A stretch of DNA of 64,000 nt from an uncultured Chitinophagaceae bacterium (GCA_964543705.1 CAZIZP010000001.1:71583-135582), one strand, 5' to 3'. Positions 25,596 to 33,900 are shown, numbered from the stretch's first letter. Translations and numbers: made by a program. Notes: generated from the sequence alone by a model not told the origin.

Positions 25596-26697
25596 TAACT
25601 ACAACCGTTTTATTAAAAATATCTAAGTAGCCATCTCCTGAATTTGCTACTTCACCTATTGTAAGTATTCCATGCAATTCTTTTCCATTAGAAATTTGCT
25701 GTATCTCGCTTTCAAAATCGTTTTGAAGATAAAGTACACGTGAAATACAGTCTATACAAAACATGTTGAGTGTATTTCCTGAATTATCATGGCTATTTAC
25801 AGCTGTTTGCGAGGCTCTTTGGGCACTTTTTAATAAAGAATCTTTATTACCATTTAAAACCTGAACAAATTCGCCCTGAGGCACTTCATCTACAATTACT
25901 AAAGCGTTATCTTTTTCAAATAGCGGGTCTCTTACTATAATTTCAGAATCTAATTTTGAAATACCTAATGGATAAGATTTCGCAATATCAAAAAAATTGT
26001 CGGCAGTAAATTTCTTACCCGAGTGGTTTTCAACAATGTTTTTATACACTTCAAAAGCAGGCTTCCAGTTTAGCTCATAAACTGTATTTTTCTCTGCTTT
26101 AGATACTTTAACCGGTTCTGATATAGGCTCCCAGCCATGCGCCACACCAATAGACTGTTCTTTTTCAGAAAGCACAATCAATGCCTTATTAATATGTATT
26201 TCACTATTTAGCAATACACATGGTTCTTGCTTAAAAGAAAGTCGTCCGGCACCACCACCTATATACTTTACTGTTGTGCCAAAAAAATCATATAGTGCAT
26301 TAAGGAAAATAGATTTGTTGGCATTAAAAGCATCTAAAAAAACAAAAATAGTTTTGTGCTTAAAGCTTTTTACATCTTTAATGTTAGCAATTTGTGTAAG
26401 ATAATCATCTACACTTTCAGTGGTTAGGTCAATTAAAGCAGCAGTAACATTAAAATTTATCTCTGTAATCAGTATTCCCTCACTGAATCTTTTATTATTA
26501 TAAATAAGTTCAGGAAATACACCACCAAAAACGGGCACATTAGTATCAGCCAATAGCCGACTTAAATACTCAAAGTCAATAAATGTGTTTTCGGCTATAA
26601 CTACACCTAATGCTTTACAATCAGGGTTTTCTGTAGCAATTTTAATATAATCTGAAATATGCTCTACCTCGCTATTGCTAATATATGAAACCTTCAT
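25588..26697 (-). CDS. Stand-alone FIST sensor-domain protein
   Basis: 369 aa. The ending HGILTIGEVANSGDGYLDIFNKTVVV has the FIST_C-type GEI...N.T pattern. Its stop overlaps the start of the giant kinase by 8 nt. Confidence 0.7.
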   Translation of the reverse strand: MKVSYISNSEVEHISDYIKIATENPDCKALGVVIAENTFIDFEYLSRLLADTNVPVFGGVFPELIYNNKRFSEGILITEINFNVTAALIDLTTESVDDYLTQIANIKDVKSFKHKTIFVFLDAFNANKSIFLNALYDFFGTTVKYIGGGAGRLSFKQEPCVLLNSEIHINKALIVLSEKEQSIGVAHGWEPISEPVKVSKAEKNTVYELNWKPAFEVYKNIVENHSGKKFTADNFFDIAKSYPLGISKLDSEIIVRDPLFEKDNALVIVDEVPQGEFVQVLNGNKDSLLKSAQRASQTAVNSHDNSGNTLNMFCIDCISRVLYLQNDFESEIQQISNGKELHGILTIGEVANSGDGYLDIFNKTVVVIV

Positions 26698-26725
26698 GTT
26701 GAGTAATTTTTATTAAATATTTTTA

Positions 26726-27088
26726 TTATAATTTTTGAAACTCGTTTTTGATAAATTCTAAGCATGCAAGCTCAGCGGCACTATTATTTCCTGATATTGA
26801 AACAGCACCAATTAATTCATTATGATATAGTAGTGGAAGACCTTTACAAGTATCAGTCACCGTTTCTTCATGCTTAAAAAAAACAATTTCTTTTGCATTT
26901 TCCTTTGCATTATTCAAAGTGGCTAAGGAAGCGTTATCCATTCTAAGACTAATAATCTCGTTTCCTGACGAATCGACAATACAAATAGAAAAAGGCACTT
27001 TTAAGTCGTTAGATTTTTGAATACAAATATTCAAAAGCTCTAACGCAGTAACGTGAGATATTGATAATGTGCTGATAAAATGAATCAT
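26726..27088 (-). CDS. GlcG/HbpS-like (DUF336) putative haem-binding protein
   Basis: 120 aa. VPFSICIVDSSGNEIISLRMDNASLATLNNAKENAKE and GLPLLYHNELIGAVSISGNNSAAELACLE match the DUF336 pattern (..vaVvD.gG.l....rmDga...s...A..KA ... liGaiGvSG...). No signal peptide. Confidence 0.7.
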   Translation of the reverse strand: MIHFISTLSISHVTALELLNICIQKSNDLKVPFSICIVDSSGNEIISLRMDNASLATLNNAKENAKEIVFFKHEETVTDTCKGLPLLYHNELIGAVSISGNNSAAELACLEFIKNEFQKL

Positions 27089-27152
27089 ATAAATTCAATT
27101 TTACCCTAAATCTCATATTTGTCAATAGGTTAATAAAATATTAGCTGAAAAT

Positions 27153-27190
27153 ATGGTAACTATACTTATGATTTTAAGTACACATACTTA
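27153..27190. promoter_or_regulatory. Composite palindromic site E (16-6-16) in the divergent promoter region
   Basis: ATGGTAACTATACTTA-tgattt-TAAGTACACATACTTA. It lies 65-102 nt upstream of the minus-strand array start (27088). It ends 23 nt upstream of a TATTTTTG box preceding the LuxR gene. Confidence 0.55.
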
Positions 27191-27212
27191 AATAATTCGA
27201 CCTACAAAGGTT

Positions 27213-27220
27213 TATTTTTG
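27213..27220 (+). promoter_or_regulatory. Candidate Bacteroidetes-type -7 promoter box (TAnnTTTG)
   Basis: TATTTTTG lies 21 nt upstream of the ATG at 27241. No good TTTG -33 element is seen at the expected spacing. Confidence 0.35.
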
Positions 27221-27240
27221 TAAAAAAATGAAACCTATTT

Positions 27241-27897
27241 ATGAAAAAAATACTAATCATTGATGACCATGAGTTAATGTGTTATTCTATAAAACATGTT
27301 CTCGACAGCACTAATAAATATTCAGTTCATATATGCAATGAAAGTACTAAGGCATTAGACATGATTAATGATATGGAATATGACCTATTAATGATTGACA
27401 TAGAAATGCCAGGCATAAACGGGATTCAGCTTGCTAAAAAAATTTTAAAGAAAATTCATGGTCAAAAAATACTTTTTATAACCGGATTAGATTATACAAA
27501 TCATCTTGATGACATTATATCTCTTGAAACAAATGGTTTCATACTAAAAAGTATCGAATCTAATGATTTAATACATGCTGTAGATTCTGTTATTAAAGGA
27601 AGTTACTACTACGGCAGCGAAATTGTGAAAGAGTTTTTGGTAAAATTAAAACGGGGAAAAAGCGTAACACTTCCCGTAACCAATAATGAAGAAATAGGAA
27701 AAAGATTATCATATCGTGAGTTTCAGATTGTAAAATACATATGTGAAGGCTTAACCAGTGGGGCAATTGCAGAAAAAATGTTTTTAAGTAAAAGAACAGT
27801 TGATGCTCACAGGTATAATATACTTAAAAAGTTAAACCTTAAAAACACCACTGAATTAATTGCCGTATTTGCAGGAACTTACAAAAAACAAAACTAA
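27241..27897 (+). CDS. NarL/FixJ-family response regulator (REC + LuxR-type HTH)
   Basis: IIDDHELM...LLMIDIEMPGINGIQL...ILFITG. The C-terminal part LSYREFQIVKYICEGLTSGAIAEKMFLSKRTVDAHRYNILKKL is a LuxR/GerE HTH. Confidence 0.9.
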   Translation: MKKILIIDDHELMCYSIKHVLDSTNKYSVHICNESTKALDMINDMEYDLLMIDIEMPGINGIQLAKKILKKIHGQKILFITGLDYTNHLDDIISLETNGFILKSIESNDLIHAVDSVIKGSYYYGSEIVKEFLVKLKRGKSVTLPVTNNEEIGKRLSYREFQIVKYICEGLTSGAIAEKMFLSKRTVDAHRYNILKKLNLKNTTELIAVFAGTYKKQN

Positions 27898-28155
27898 TTT
27901 CATTAAATGATGTTATGTAATAAGCCAATAATGAATTTAAGTTTTTTAATAAAACTATTCCTCTCCTCCTTGTTCATTTAGACTACTTCCGGCATTTAAA
28001 GCAACTAACAATTACATATTAATTATTTAGGTTTATTTACTTAAATTAAGTGTTCAAACTAGGTATTCTTTACATAAATGTTTCCCTATTAGCTGTAAAA
28101 CAGGAAATTAAACGTTAACTGAATATACTTTTACAGTTAAACAAAATTCTACGTA

Positions 28156-28836
28156 ATGAAAACTATACTTGTTTTAGATGACAACTCATTGTTCAGATTT
28201 TCTGTTAAGGCATTGTTATATGAACATGAAGATTACAAAGTTATTGAGGCTAATAACATTTCAGAAGCATTAGATATATCACAAAAAAATGATATTGACC
28301 TTGCAATAATAGACATAGAGTTGAGGAATGAGAGTGGAGTTGATTTTGCAAATGAGCTAAAAATAAATAAACCAAAAACTGAAATTTTATTTGTTACAAT
28401 ATTTGATATAGGATTGAAACTATCAAAGCTATTTTCAGCTTCTCCGGCTGGCATAATATACAAAGACGTGAGCCCTGAATTATTTACAACAGTTATAAAG
28501 CTAATTCTTGCAGGTGGAAAATATTTTGACCAAAGACTGCCTATGCAAAATTTATATAGTAATGAAAATGACGGTAAAAAAAGAAATAAGCGAACCTATT
28601 TTTTGGATAATGAAAAAAATATAAAATTAACCAAGAGAGAATGTGAAATTGCCATAGGAATTTCAAAAGGTAAAACCAGTCTTGAGATAGCAAATGATTT
28701 AAAAGTATCGAATAGAACTATTGATACTCATAAAAGAAACATGTTTATTAAGCTAGGTATAAACAAAAACATTCAATTGGTTCATTACGTAAACGAGAAA
28801 TTAATTAATGCAGGTTTACAATCTATTTACCTATAA
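28156..28836 (+). CDS. NarL/FixJ-family response regulator (REC + LuxR-type HTH), divergent receiver
   Basis: VLDDNSLF...LAIIDIELRNESG...ILFVT. The HTH is LTKRECEIAIGISKGKTSLEIANDLKVSNRTIDTHKRNMFIKL. Confidence 0.85.
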   Translation: MKTILVLDDNSLFRFSVKALLYEHEDYKVIEANNISEALDISQKNDIDLAIIDIELRNESGVDFANELKINKPKTEILFVTIFDIGLKLSKLFSASPAGIIYKDVSPELFTTVIKLILAGGKYFDQRLPMQNLYSNENDGKKRNKRTYFLDNEKNIKLTKRECEIAIGISKGKTSLEIANDLKVSNRTIDTHKRNMFIKLGINKNIQLVHYVNEKLINAGLQSIYL

Positions 28837-28846
28837 CCTAATTTAA

Positions 28847-31800
28847 ATGCTGGCTGAATTTTTAGAAAATATTCACAAAAAGTTTGTAGCTGAAGAATAT
28901 AGTGCAAACGAAGTTTTTACATTAATTCTTAACAGAATTATTGAAATAACTAAAAGTGAATATGGTTTTATAGGTATTATAAAATATGACGAATCAAATA
29001 ATCCTTATTTAAGAACCTATCACATTACCGACATTTCGTGGAACGAAGAAACCAAAAATCTATACGAAAAAAACAAAGAAAAAGGTTTTGAATTTAGAAA
29101 TCTGAATACCTTATTTGGTTGGGTAATGGTAAATAAGAAGCCTCTATTAACCAACGATGCACCCAATGATCCAAGAGCCGGTGGCATACCTAAAGGTCAC
29201 CCGCCATTAAAGAAGTTTTTAGGCTTGCCATTTATGTTTGGCAAAGAAATTATAGGAATGGTTGGTCTTGCCAATAAACCTGACGGTTATAATGATAAAA
29301 CTTTAGCCGAATTAGACCCCTTTATTCAAACCAGTACCATAATATTATCAGGCATAATCAGAAATGAAATGATGCTTGAAATGCAAAAAAAGAATGAAAG
29401 GTCAGAAAAGTTTTTGCAATTCGCCATATCTAAAAAAGCAGACTTAATTGTAGAAATAGACTATAGCACAAAAACATTTACCGATTTTTTTGTATTTAAC
29501 AATAATTCTTTAGTTAGAAAACCGGAAGATTTCTTAGGAAAAAAAATAGATCAGGTTTTTAATGAAGAAAACTCGAAAATATTTTATGATAGAATAGAAT
29601 ATTGCATAAAAAATGGTAACGTAGAATTTGAATTTAATTCTGAACCCAGATTTAGCAACAAAACCTACAAATTATCTGCTGAAAATAATGGTAATATAAA
29701 CGACTCAATAAAAATTACAGCTGCTATAACCGATATTACAAAAGAAAAAAACTATGAAGATTTAATTTCTAATCAGCAACAAATAATTGAAAACATAAGC
29801 GAGAATAATTACATCGGGAAAGTTGCAGTAGATGTAAATAATAAAAATGTAATTGAACACGATACTGATTTATTAGAATTCTTTAATGCTGATACTATTT
29901 CTTATGATTCAAAATATTTACTAAATATTTTTAAAGAAATAAGTTTTGAGTGTAGTGAGAAGATAAAACAGTTTTTAAAAGAATTTAATAAAAAAACAAA
30001 CCCCAACAATTTATTATCACAAGAAAATTGTGATATAGATTTTGGTAATAAATTAATAAGAATAAAACTTATTAATACAGATGAAAAAACCATTGAAATT
30101 AAGTTTTATGATATCACATCATCTTATCTGTTAGAGTTAAACAACAAAAGGCTTACGCTTAAATACGATTTACTTTTAGATAATCTTCATAATTACGTAA
30201 TACTAACAGACAAAAACGATAGAATAATTGAGGTTAATAATTCTTTAGCATTAAAATTTAACACAAGCAAATCTTTTTTTACCGGTAAAAAAATTACTGA
30301 AATAGTTAATAATATAAAAAGTGAAATAAAAGAAGATAACGAAACACAAACAGAACATTATGTAAATATAAACGGCAACATATATGCTGAAATTAAAAAA
30401 TCAAAATATTATATAAATAATGACAACTTCTATAATCTCTATGTCATATCGGATTTAAGTGAAATCATTAATACAAGAGAAAGATTATCAAACACAACAA
30501 AGACATTGATAACCATTATAGATAATCTTCATTATGGAATACTATTCGAGTCGAATAATGGCACAATATTACACGTTAATGAAACATTTAACGAGTATTT
30601 TAATATCAAAAAAAGCCCCTCAGAAATTATTAATACACAATGCATTGACCTACTGAAAAATTTGGCAAGTGCATTTAAGAAACCTGAGGAGGTATTTGGC
30701 AGAGTACAAGAAATATTAGCTGAAAAAAAACCTGTTTTTAACGATTTGGTAGAGTTTTCTACTGACAAGAAGTATTACCGAACATTTGTACCTATAATAG
30801 ATAATGAAAAATATATAGGCCATTTATGGATTTATAATGATATAACCGAGAAACTAGAGCAAGAAAGAAAAATAGTTGAAAATGAACAAAGGCTAAATCT
30901 TGCTATAGCAGCAAGTAACGATGGATTCTGGGACTGGGATCTCGTTAAGGATACTATTTATTTTTCTCCAAGATGGAAATCAATGTTTGGATATAAAGAT
31001 TCAGAAATTGAAAATACAATGGAATCGTGGGAGAAACTTATTATTCCCGATGATAAAGAAACAGCGTTACAACTTGTAAACAGGTTTATAAAAGGAGACA
31101 TTTCAGAATTTAATGTAAAACAGCGATTTGTTCATAAAAACAAGTCAATAGTACATGTTTTGTCAAAGGCTGTTGTAATTAGAGATAATACAGGTAAGGC
31201 TACCAGAATTGTTGGTGCACACACTGATATTACCTCTACTATTGATAATGAAATAAACTTGCTACAGCAAAAAGAAAAGGCCGAACGTTCAGAAAAAATT
31301 ATGCAGCAATTTATTTCTAACATTAGCCATGAGATGAGAACGCCTTTAAATTCAATTATCGGCTATGTAAACCTTTTAAAAAATACTGAACTTAATGAAA
31401 AACAAAGTGAATATTTAAATGACCTTAAATTCTCGTCTATTGGTCTTTTAAAACTTATTAATGACATTCTTGATTTGGGCAAAATACAATCGGGTACATT
31501 AAGTATAGAAGAAGAAACCTACTCATTTAAGGAAAATTTAAAGTACGTTATTAATCAAATAAGCACTAGGGCTTCAGAAAAGAAATTGCAGTTAGAATGT
31601 AATATTGACGAAATAAGCCATAGTCTTATTGTTGAATCAGATAAGATAAGGCTAAACCAAATACTTATAAATATTTTAACGAATGCTGTAAAGTTTACAG
31701 AAAAAGGATATGTTAAGTTATCAGTAAAAATAGTTGAACAAAAAAACGAAAACATAAAAGTAAAATTCAACATAGAAGATTCAGGAATAGGAATTGCAAA

Positions 31801-32827
31801 AGAAAAACAAAAATTAATTTTTGACGATTTTTTTCAGGTTAACAGCAATAGAAGCTATACCGAGGGTGTAGGTTTAGGATTATCAATAGTAAAAAAAATA
31901 ATTACATTACTTGGTGGCACCATAAACTTACAAAGCACTTTAGGATTAGGAAGTAATTTTGAAATAGTACTTCCGTTTAAAATTTCAGATAAAAACCAAA
32001 GTGAAACCAATATTTCTGATTCAGAATTTGAAAACATTTTTTCAACTAACGAACAAGAAAATCTAAAAAATATAAATGTTCTTGTTGTTGAAGACAATCC
32101 AATGAGCCTGAAAGTATTTCAGGAATTTCTGAATACTCATAATATTCCGCATGAATCGGCTATTAATGGTGAAGAAGCCGTAAAGCTAGTAAGTCAAAAA
32201 AATTATGACATTATTTTTATGGATTACCAAATGCCTGTACTAGACGGCATAGAGGCAACAAAAATTATTCGTCATTTACCTGATATCAAGAAATCAACTA
32301 TCCCGATAATTGCACTATCTGCAGCTGTTTTAAAAGATGACCGGACAAAATTTTTTGAATGTGGCATGAATGATATTATTGAAAAGCCATACTCTGAAGA
32401 AAGAGTATTTTCAGTAATTAAATCTAATGTTAATCTTAAGAAAAACATCAACCAAGAAAATGAAATAAAAAAAGGAAATGATTTTAAATATTTCGATATA
32501 GCATACTTCAGAAAGAGAAATATGAATAAGAAAATGGTTTCTGAATTAATAGAAATGTATGAAAAACATGTTATTGAAATAAGCAATCAGTTTCTACCAA
32601 AGCAAGAGATAAATCATTTTGAGCAAATACGATTCACTAACCATGATTTAGCAAATAGTTTTTTGGCATTAGGAATAACATCGTTATACCATGAATCAAA
32701 AAAAATGAGTGAATTGCTATCATCGAAAAACACATCTAAAGAAGACAAAATAAAACAGTGGTACAATATCATTGCATTAATGAATGATTCGCTTACTGAA
32801 ATACCATATATTATAAATGAGCTATAA
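28847..32827 (+). CDS. Hybrid sensor kinase: GAF-PAS(n)-HisKA-HATPase_c-REC-HPt-like (1326 aa)
   Basis: N-terminal GAF-like region (..GFIGIIKYDE...FLGLPFMFGKEIIGMVGLANK). PAS unit (NDGFWDWDLVKDTIYFSPRWKSMFGY). H-box ISNISHEMRTPLNSIIGY. EDSGIGI...GVGLGLSIVKKI. Receiver VLVVEDNPMS...IIFMDYQMPVLDG...IIEKP. C-terminal FTNHDLANSFLALG helix (HPt-like). Confidence 0.9.
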   Translation: MLAEFLENIHKKFVAEEYSANEVFTLILNRIIEITKSEYGFIGIIKYDESNNPYLRTYHITDISWNEETKNLYEKNKEKGFEFRNLNTLFGWVMVNKKPLLTNDAPNDPRAGGIPKGHPPLKKFLGLPFMFGKEIIGMVGLANKPDGYNDKTLAELDPFIQTSTIILSGIIRNEMMLEMQKKNERSEKFLQFAISKKADLIVEIDYSTKTFTDFFVFNNNSLVRKPEDFLGKKIDQVFNEENSKIFYDRIEYCIKNGNVEFEFNSEPRFSNKTYKLSAENNGNINDSIKITAAITDITKEKNYEDLISNQQQIIENISENNYIGKVAVDVNNKNVIEHDTDLLEFFNADTISYDSKYLLNIFKEISFECSEKIKQFLKEFNKKTNPNNLLSQENCDIDFGNKLIRIKLINTDEKTIEIKFYDITSSYLLELNNKRLTLKYDLLLDNLHNYVILTDKNDRIIEVNNSLALKFNTSKSFFTGKKITEIVNNIKSEIKEDNETQTEHYVNINGNIYAEIKKSKYYINNDNFYNLYVISDLSEIINTRERLSNTTKTLITIIDNLHYGILFESNNGTILHVNETFNEYFNIKKSPSEIINTQCIDLLKNLASAFKKPEEVFGRVQEILAEKKPVFNDLVEFSTDKKYYRTFVPIIDNEKYIGHLWIYNDITEKLEQERKIVENEQRLNLAIAASNDGFWDWDLVKDTIYFSPRWKSMFGYKDSEIENTMESWEKLIIPDDKETALQLVNRFIKGDISEFNVKQRFVHKNKSIVHVLSKAVVIRDNTGKATRIVGAHTDITSTIDNEINLLQQKEKAERSEKIMQQFISNISHEMRTPLNSIIGYVNLLKNTELNEKQSEYLNDLKFSSIGLLKLINDILDLGKIQSGTLSIEEETYSFKENLKYVINQISTRASEKKLQLECNIDEISHSLIVESDKIRLNQILINILTNAVKFTEKGYVKLSVKIVEQKNENIKVKFNIEDSGIGIAKEKQKLIFDDFFQVNSNRSYTEGVGLGLSIVKKIITLLGGTINLQSTLGLGSNFEIVLPFKISDKNQSETNISDSEFENIFSTNEQENLKNINVLVVEDNPMSLKVFQEFLNTHNIPHESAINGEEAVKLVSQKNYDIIFMDYQMPVLDGIEATKIIRHLPDIKKSTIPIIALSAAVLKDDRTKFFECGMNDIIEKPYSEERVFSVIKSNVNLKKNINQENEIKKGNDFKYFDIAYFRKRNMNKKMVSELIEMYEKHVIEISNQFLPKQEINHFEQIRFTNHDLANSFLALGITSLYHESKKMSELLSSKNTSKEDKIKQWYNIIALMNDSLTEIPYIINEL

Positions 32828-32829
32828 GC

Positions 32830-33252
32830 ATGATAACTTCTGAGAATATAATAAATGCTCAAAGAGGTATTGAAGATGATATAAATACTTTAGTTAAGCA
32901 TTATGAAAAATATTGTGTTGCAATATCTAAAACTTATGCCGATGATGACCATGAACAATTCGATTATTTGTTTAAAATTAGTCGTCTAGGAATACTTAAG
33001 TCTATTGAAAAGTACTGTTTCAAAAAAAATATCTCATTCGATAATCATACTGTTTACTGGATTAGAAATTACGTAAGAAAGTATGCTGCAGAAAATAACG
33101 AAATGCATATTTCTGCTAAAATGCTTTCAAATACTTCTTTATTGCAAAATGAAATTCTTAAACAGGCACAATTTGATGCTGAACCAACGGAAGCAGATTT
33201 ACTAACCTTTGGCCAACTTACCGATGATGAAATAGAGATAGTAAATAATTAA
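32830..33252 (+). CDS. Sigma-70-family fragment: regions 2 and 3.0-like only, no region 4 (140 aa)
   Basis: LVKHYEKYCVAISKTYADDDHEQFDYLFKISRLGILKSIEKYCFKKNISFDNHTVYWIRNYVRKY follows the region 2.1-2.4 layout (..DL.QEG..GL..A...FD...G..F.TYA..WIR..I). The MHISAKMLSN...FDAEPTEADLLTF part parallels IRIP.H....LGR.PT..ELA. The ORF then stops. Its ATG is 2 nt after the hybrid kinase stop. Confidence 0.6.
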   Translation: MITSENIINAQRGIEDDINTLVKHYEKYCVAISKTYADDDHEQFDYLFKISRLGILKSIEKYCFKKNISFDNHTVYWIRNYVRKYAAENNEMHISAKMLSNTSLLQNEILKQAQFDAEPTEADLLTFGQLTDDEIEIVNN

Positions 33253-33261
33253 ATTATAAAA

Positions 33262-33468
33262 CTACTCTATTAACTTTTCATCATAATCTAATTCTAAATT
33301 ACTTTCTTCTTTATAAATAAAAACTTTACATAAAGGGCACTGCAATACTTCTTTTTTATCTTTTATGGTTCTTATCCAGTGTAAAGCGTAATGCCAGTTC
33401 CCACAAAAACTACACCTAAACCAGCCTGTTTTAGTATCGTAAAGTATTTTGCAGGTTTTCTTTTGCAT
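33262..33468 (-). CDS. Small zinc-ribbon-like protein (68 aa)
   Basis: CSFCGNWH...CPLCKV gives two CxxC pairs ~22 aa apart. Confidence 0.5.
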   Translation of the reverse strand: MQKKTCKILYDTKTGWFRCSFCGNWHYALHWIRTIKDKKEVLQCPLCKVFIYKEESNLELDYDEKLIE

Positions 33469-33469
33469 T

Positions 33470-33646
33470 CTAAAATTTAAAAACAGATTTAACTAAAAAT
33501 GTTTTAAAAACTACATTATTATATTTTGAATCATAAACTGATATTAACATCAATAAATGTTCACTTGTTATAACCGGCTCTAAACTTGTTTTTACAGCTA
33601 TTAATCTGTTTTTTTCAACACCAAAAGTATTTTTATCTATTATCAT
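33470..33646 (-). CDS. Possible small protein (58 aa, just under the 60-aa minimum length seen in the ORF track)
   Basis: Hand translation: MIIDKNTFGVEKNRLIAVKTSLEPVITSEHLLMLISVYDSKYNNVVFKTFLVKSVFKF. Its TAG (33470-33472) lies 1 nt from the ATG of 33262-33468, suggesting translational coupling. Confidence 0.35.
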   Translation of the reverse strand: MIIDKNTFGVEKNRLIAVKTSLEPVITSEHLLMLISVYDSKYNNVVFKTFLVKSVFKF

Positions 33647-33671
33647 GACTTTTAAAAGATTTTAATAAAGA

Positions 33672-33704
33672 GGGGCAGGCAGAAATCTCAAAACGTCCTG
33701 CCCC
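33672..33704 (-). terminator. GC-rich hairpin, probable minus-strand terminator
   Basis: ggggcagg and cctgcccc form an 8-bp stem with a 17-nt loop. On the minus strand it is followed by tctttattaaaatctttt. It stands out in AT-rich sequence. Confidence 0.4.
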
Positions 33705-33732
33705 CAATTGCACACCTAACCCTAGGAAGCAA

Positions 33733-33900
33733 CTATATTTTCTTAACTTTCCTTAATCCTGTCCAAAAACAAGTTAGGCATTTAAAACGCCTGTATTCAT
33801 ATTGTTTAGAGCAAAATAAGTTGCTTAAAAGCTTATCAAAAGTGCTTCGCTTTGTTCGTTCAATATCTCTGCTTCCACATTTAATACATGTAATTAGCAT
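33733..33900 (-). CDS. Possible small zinc-ribbon protein (55 aa, below the 60-aa minimum length seen in the ORF track)
   Basis: Hand translation: MLITCIKCGSRDIERTKRSTFDKLLSNLFCSKQYEYRRFKCLTCFWTGLRKVKKI. It has CxxC...CxxC and is followed by the 33672-33704 hairpin. Confidence 0.4.
   Translation of the reverse strand: MLITCIKCGSRDIERTKRSTFDKLLSNLFCSKQYEYRRFKCLTCFWTGLRKVKKI

Noticed and set aside
28029-28066. Sixth composite palindrome upstream of the second LuxR gene
   Set aside because: Only TTACTTAAATTAAGTG (abutted, oppositely arranged half-sites) and a weak AACTAGGTA are present. The 16-6-16 architecture is not met. It is mentioned as a weak relative but not counted.
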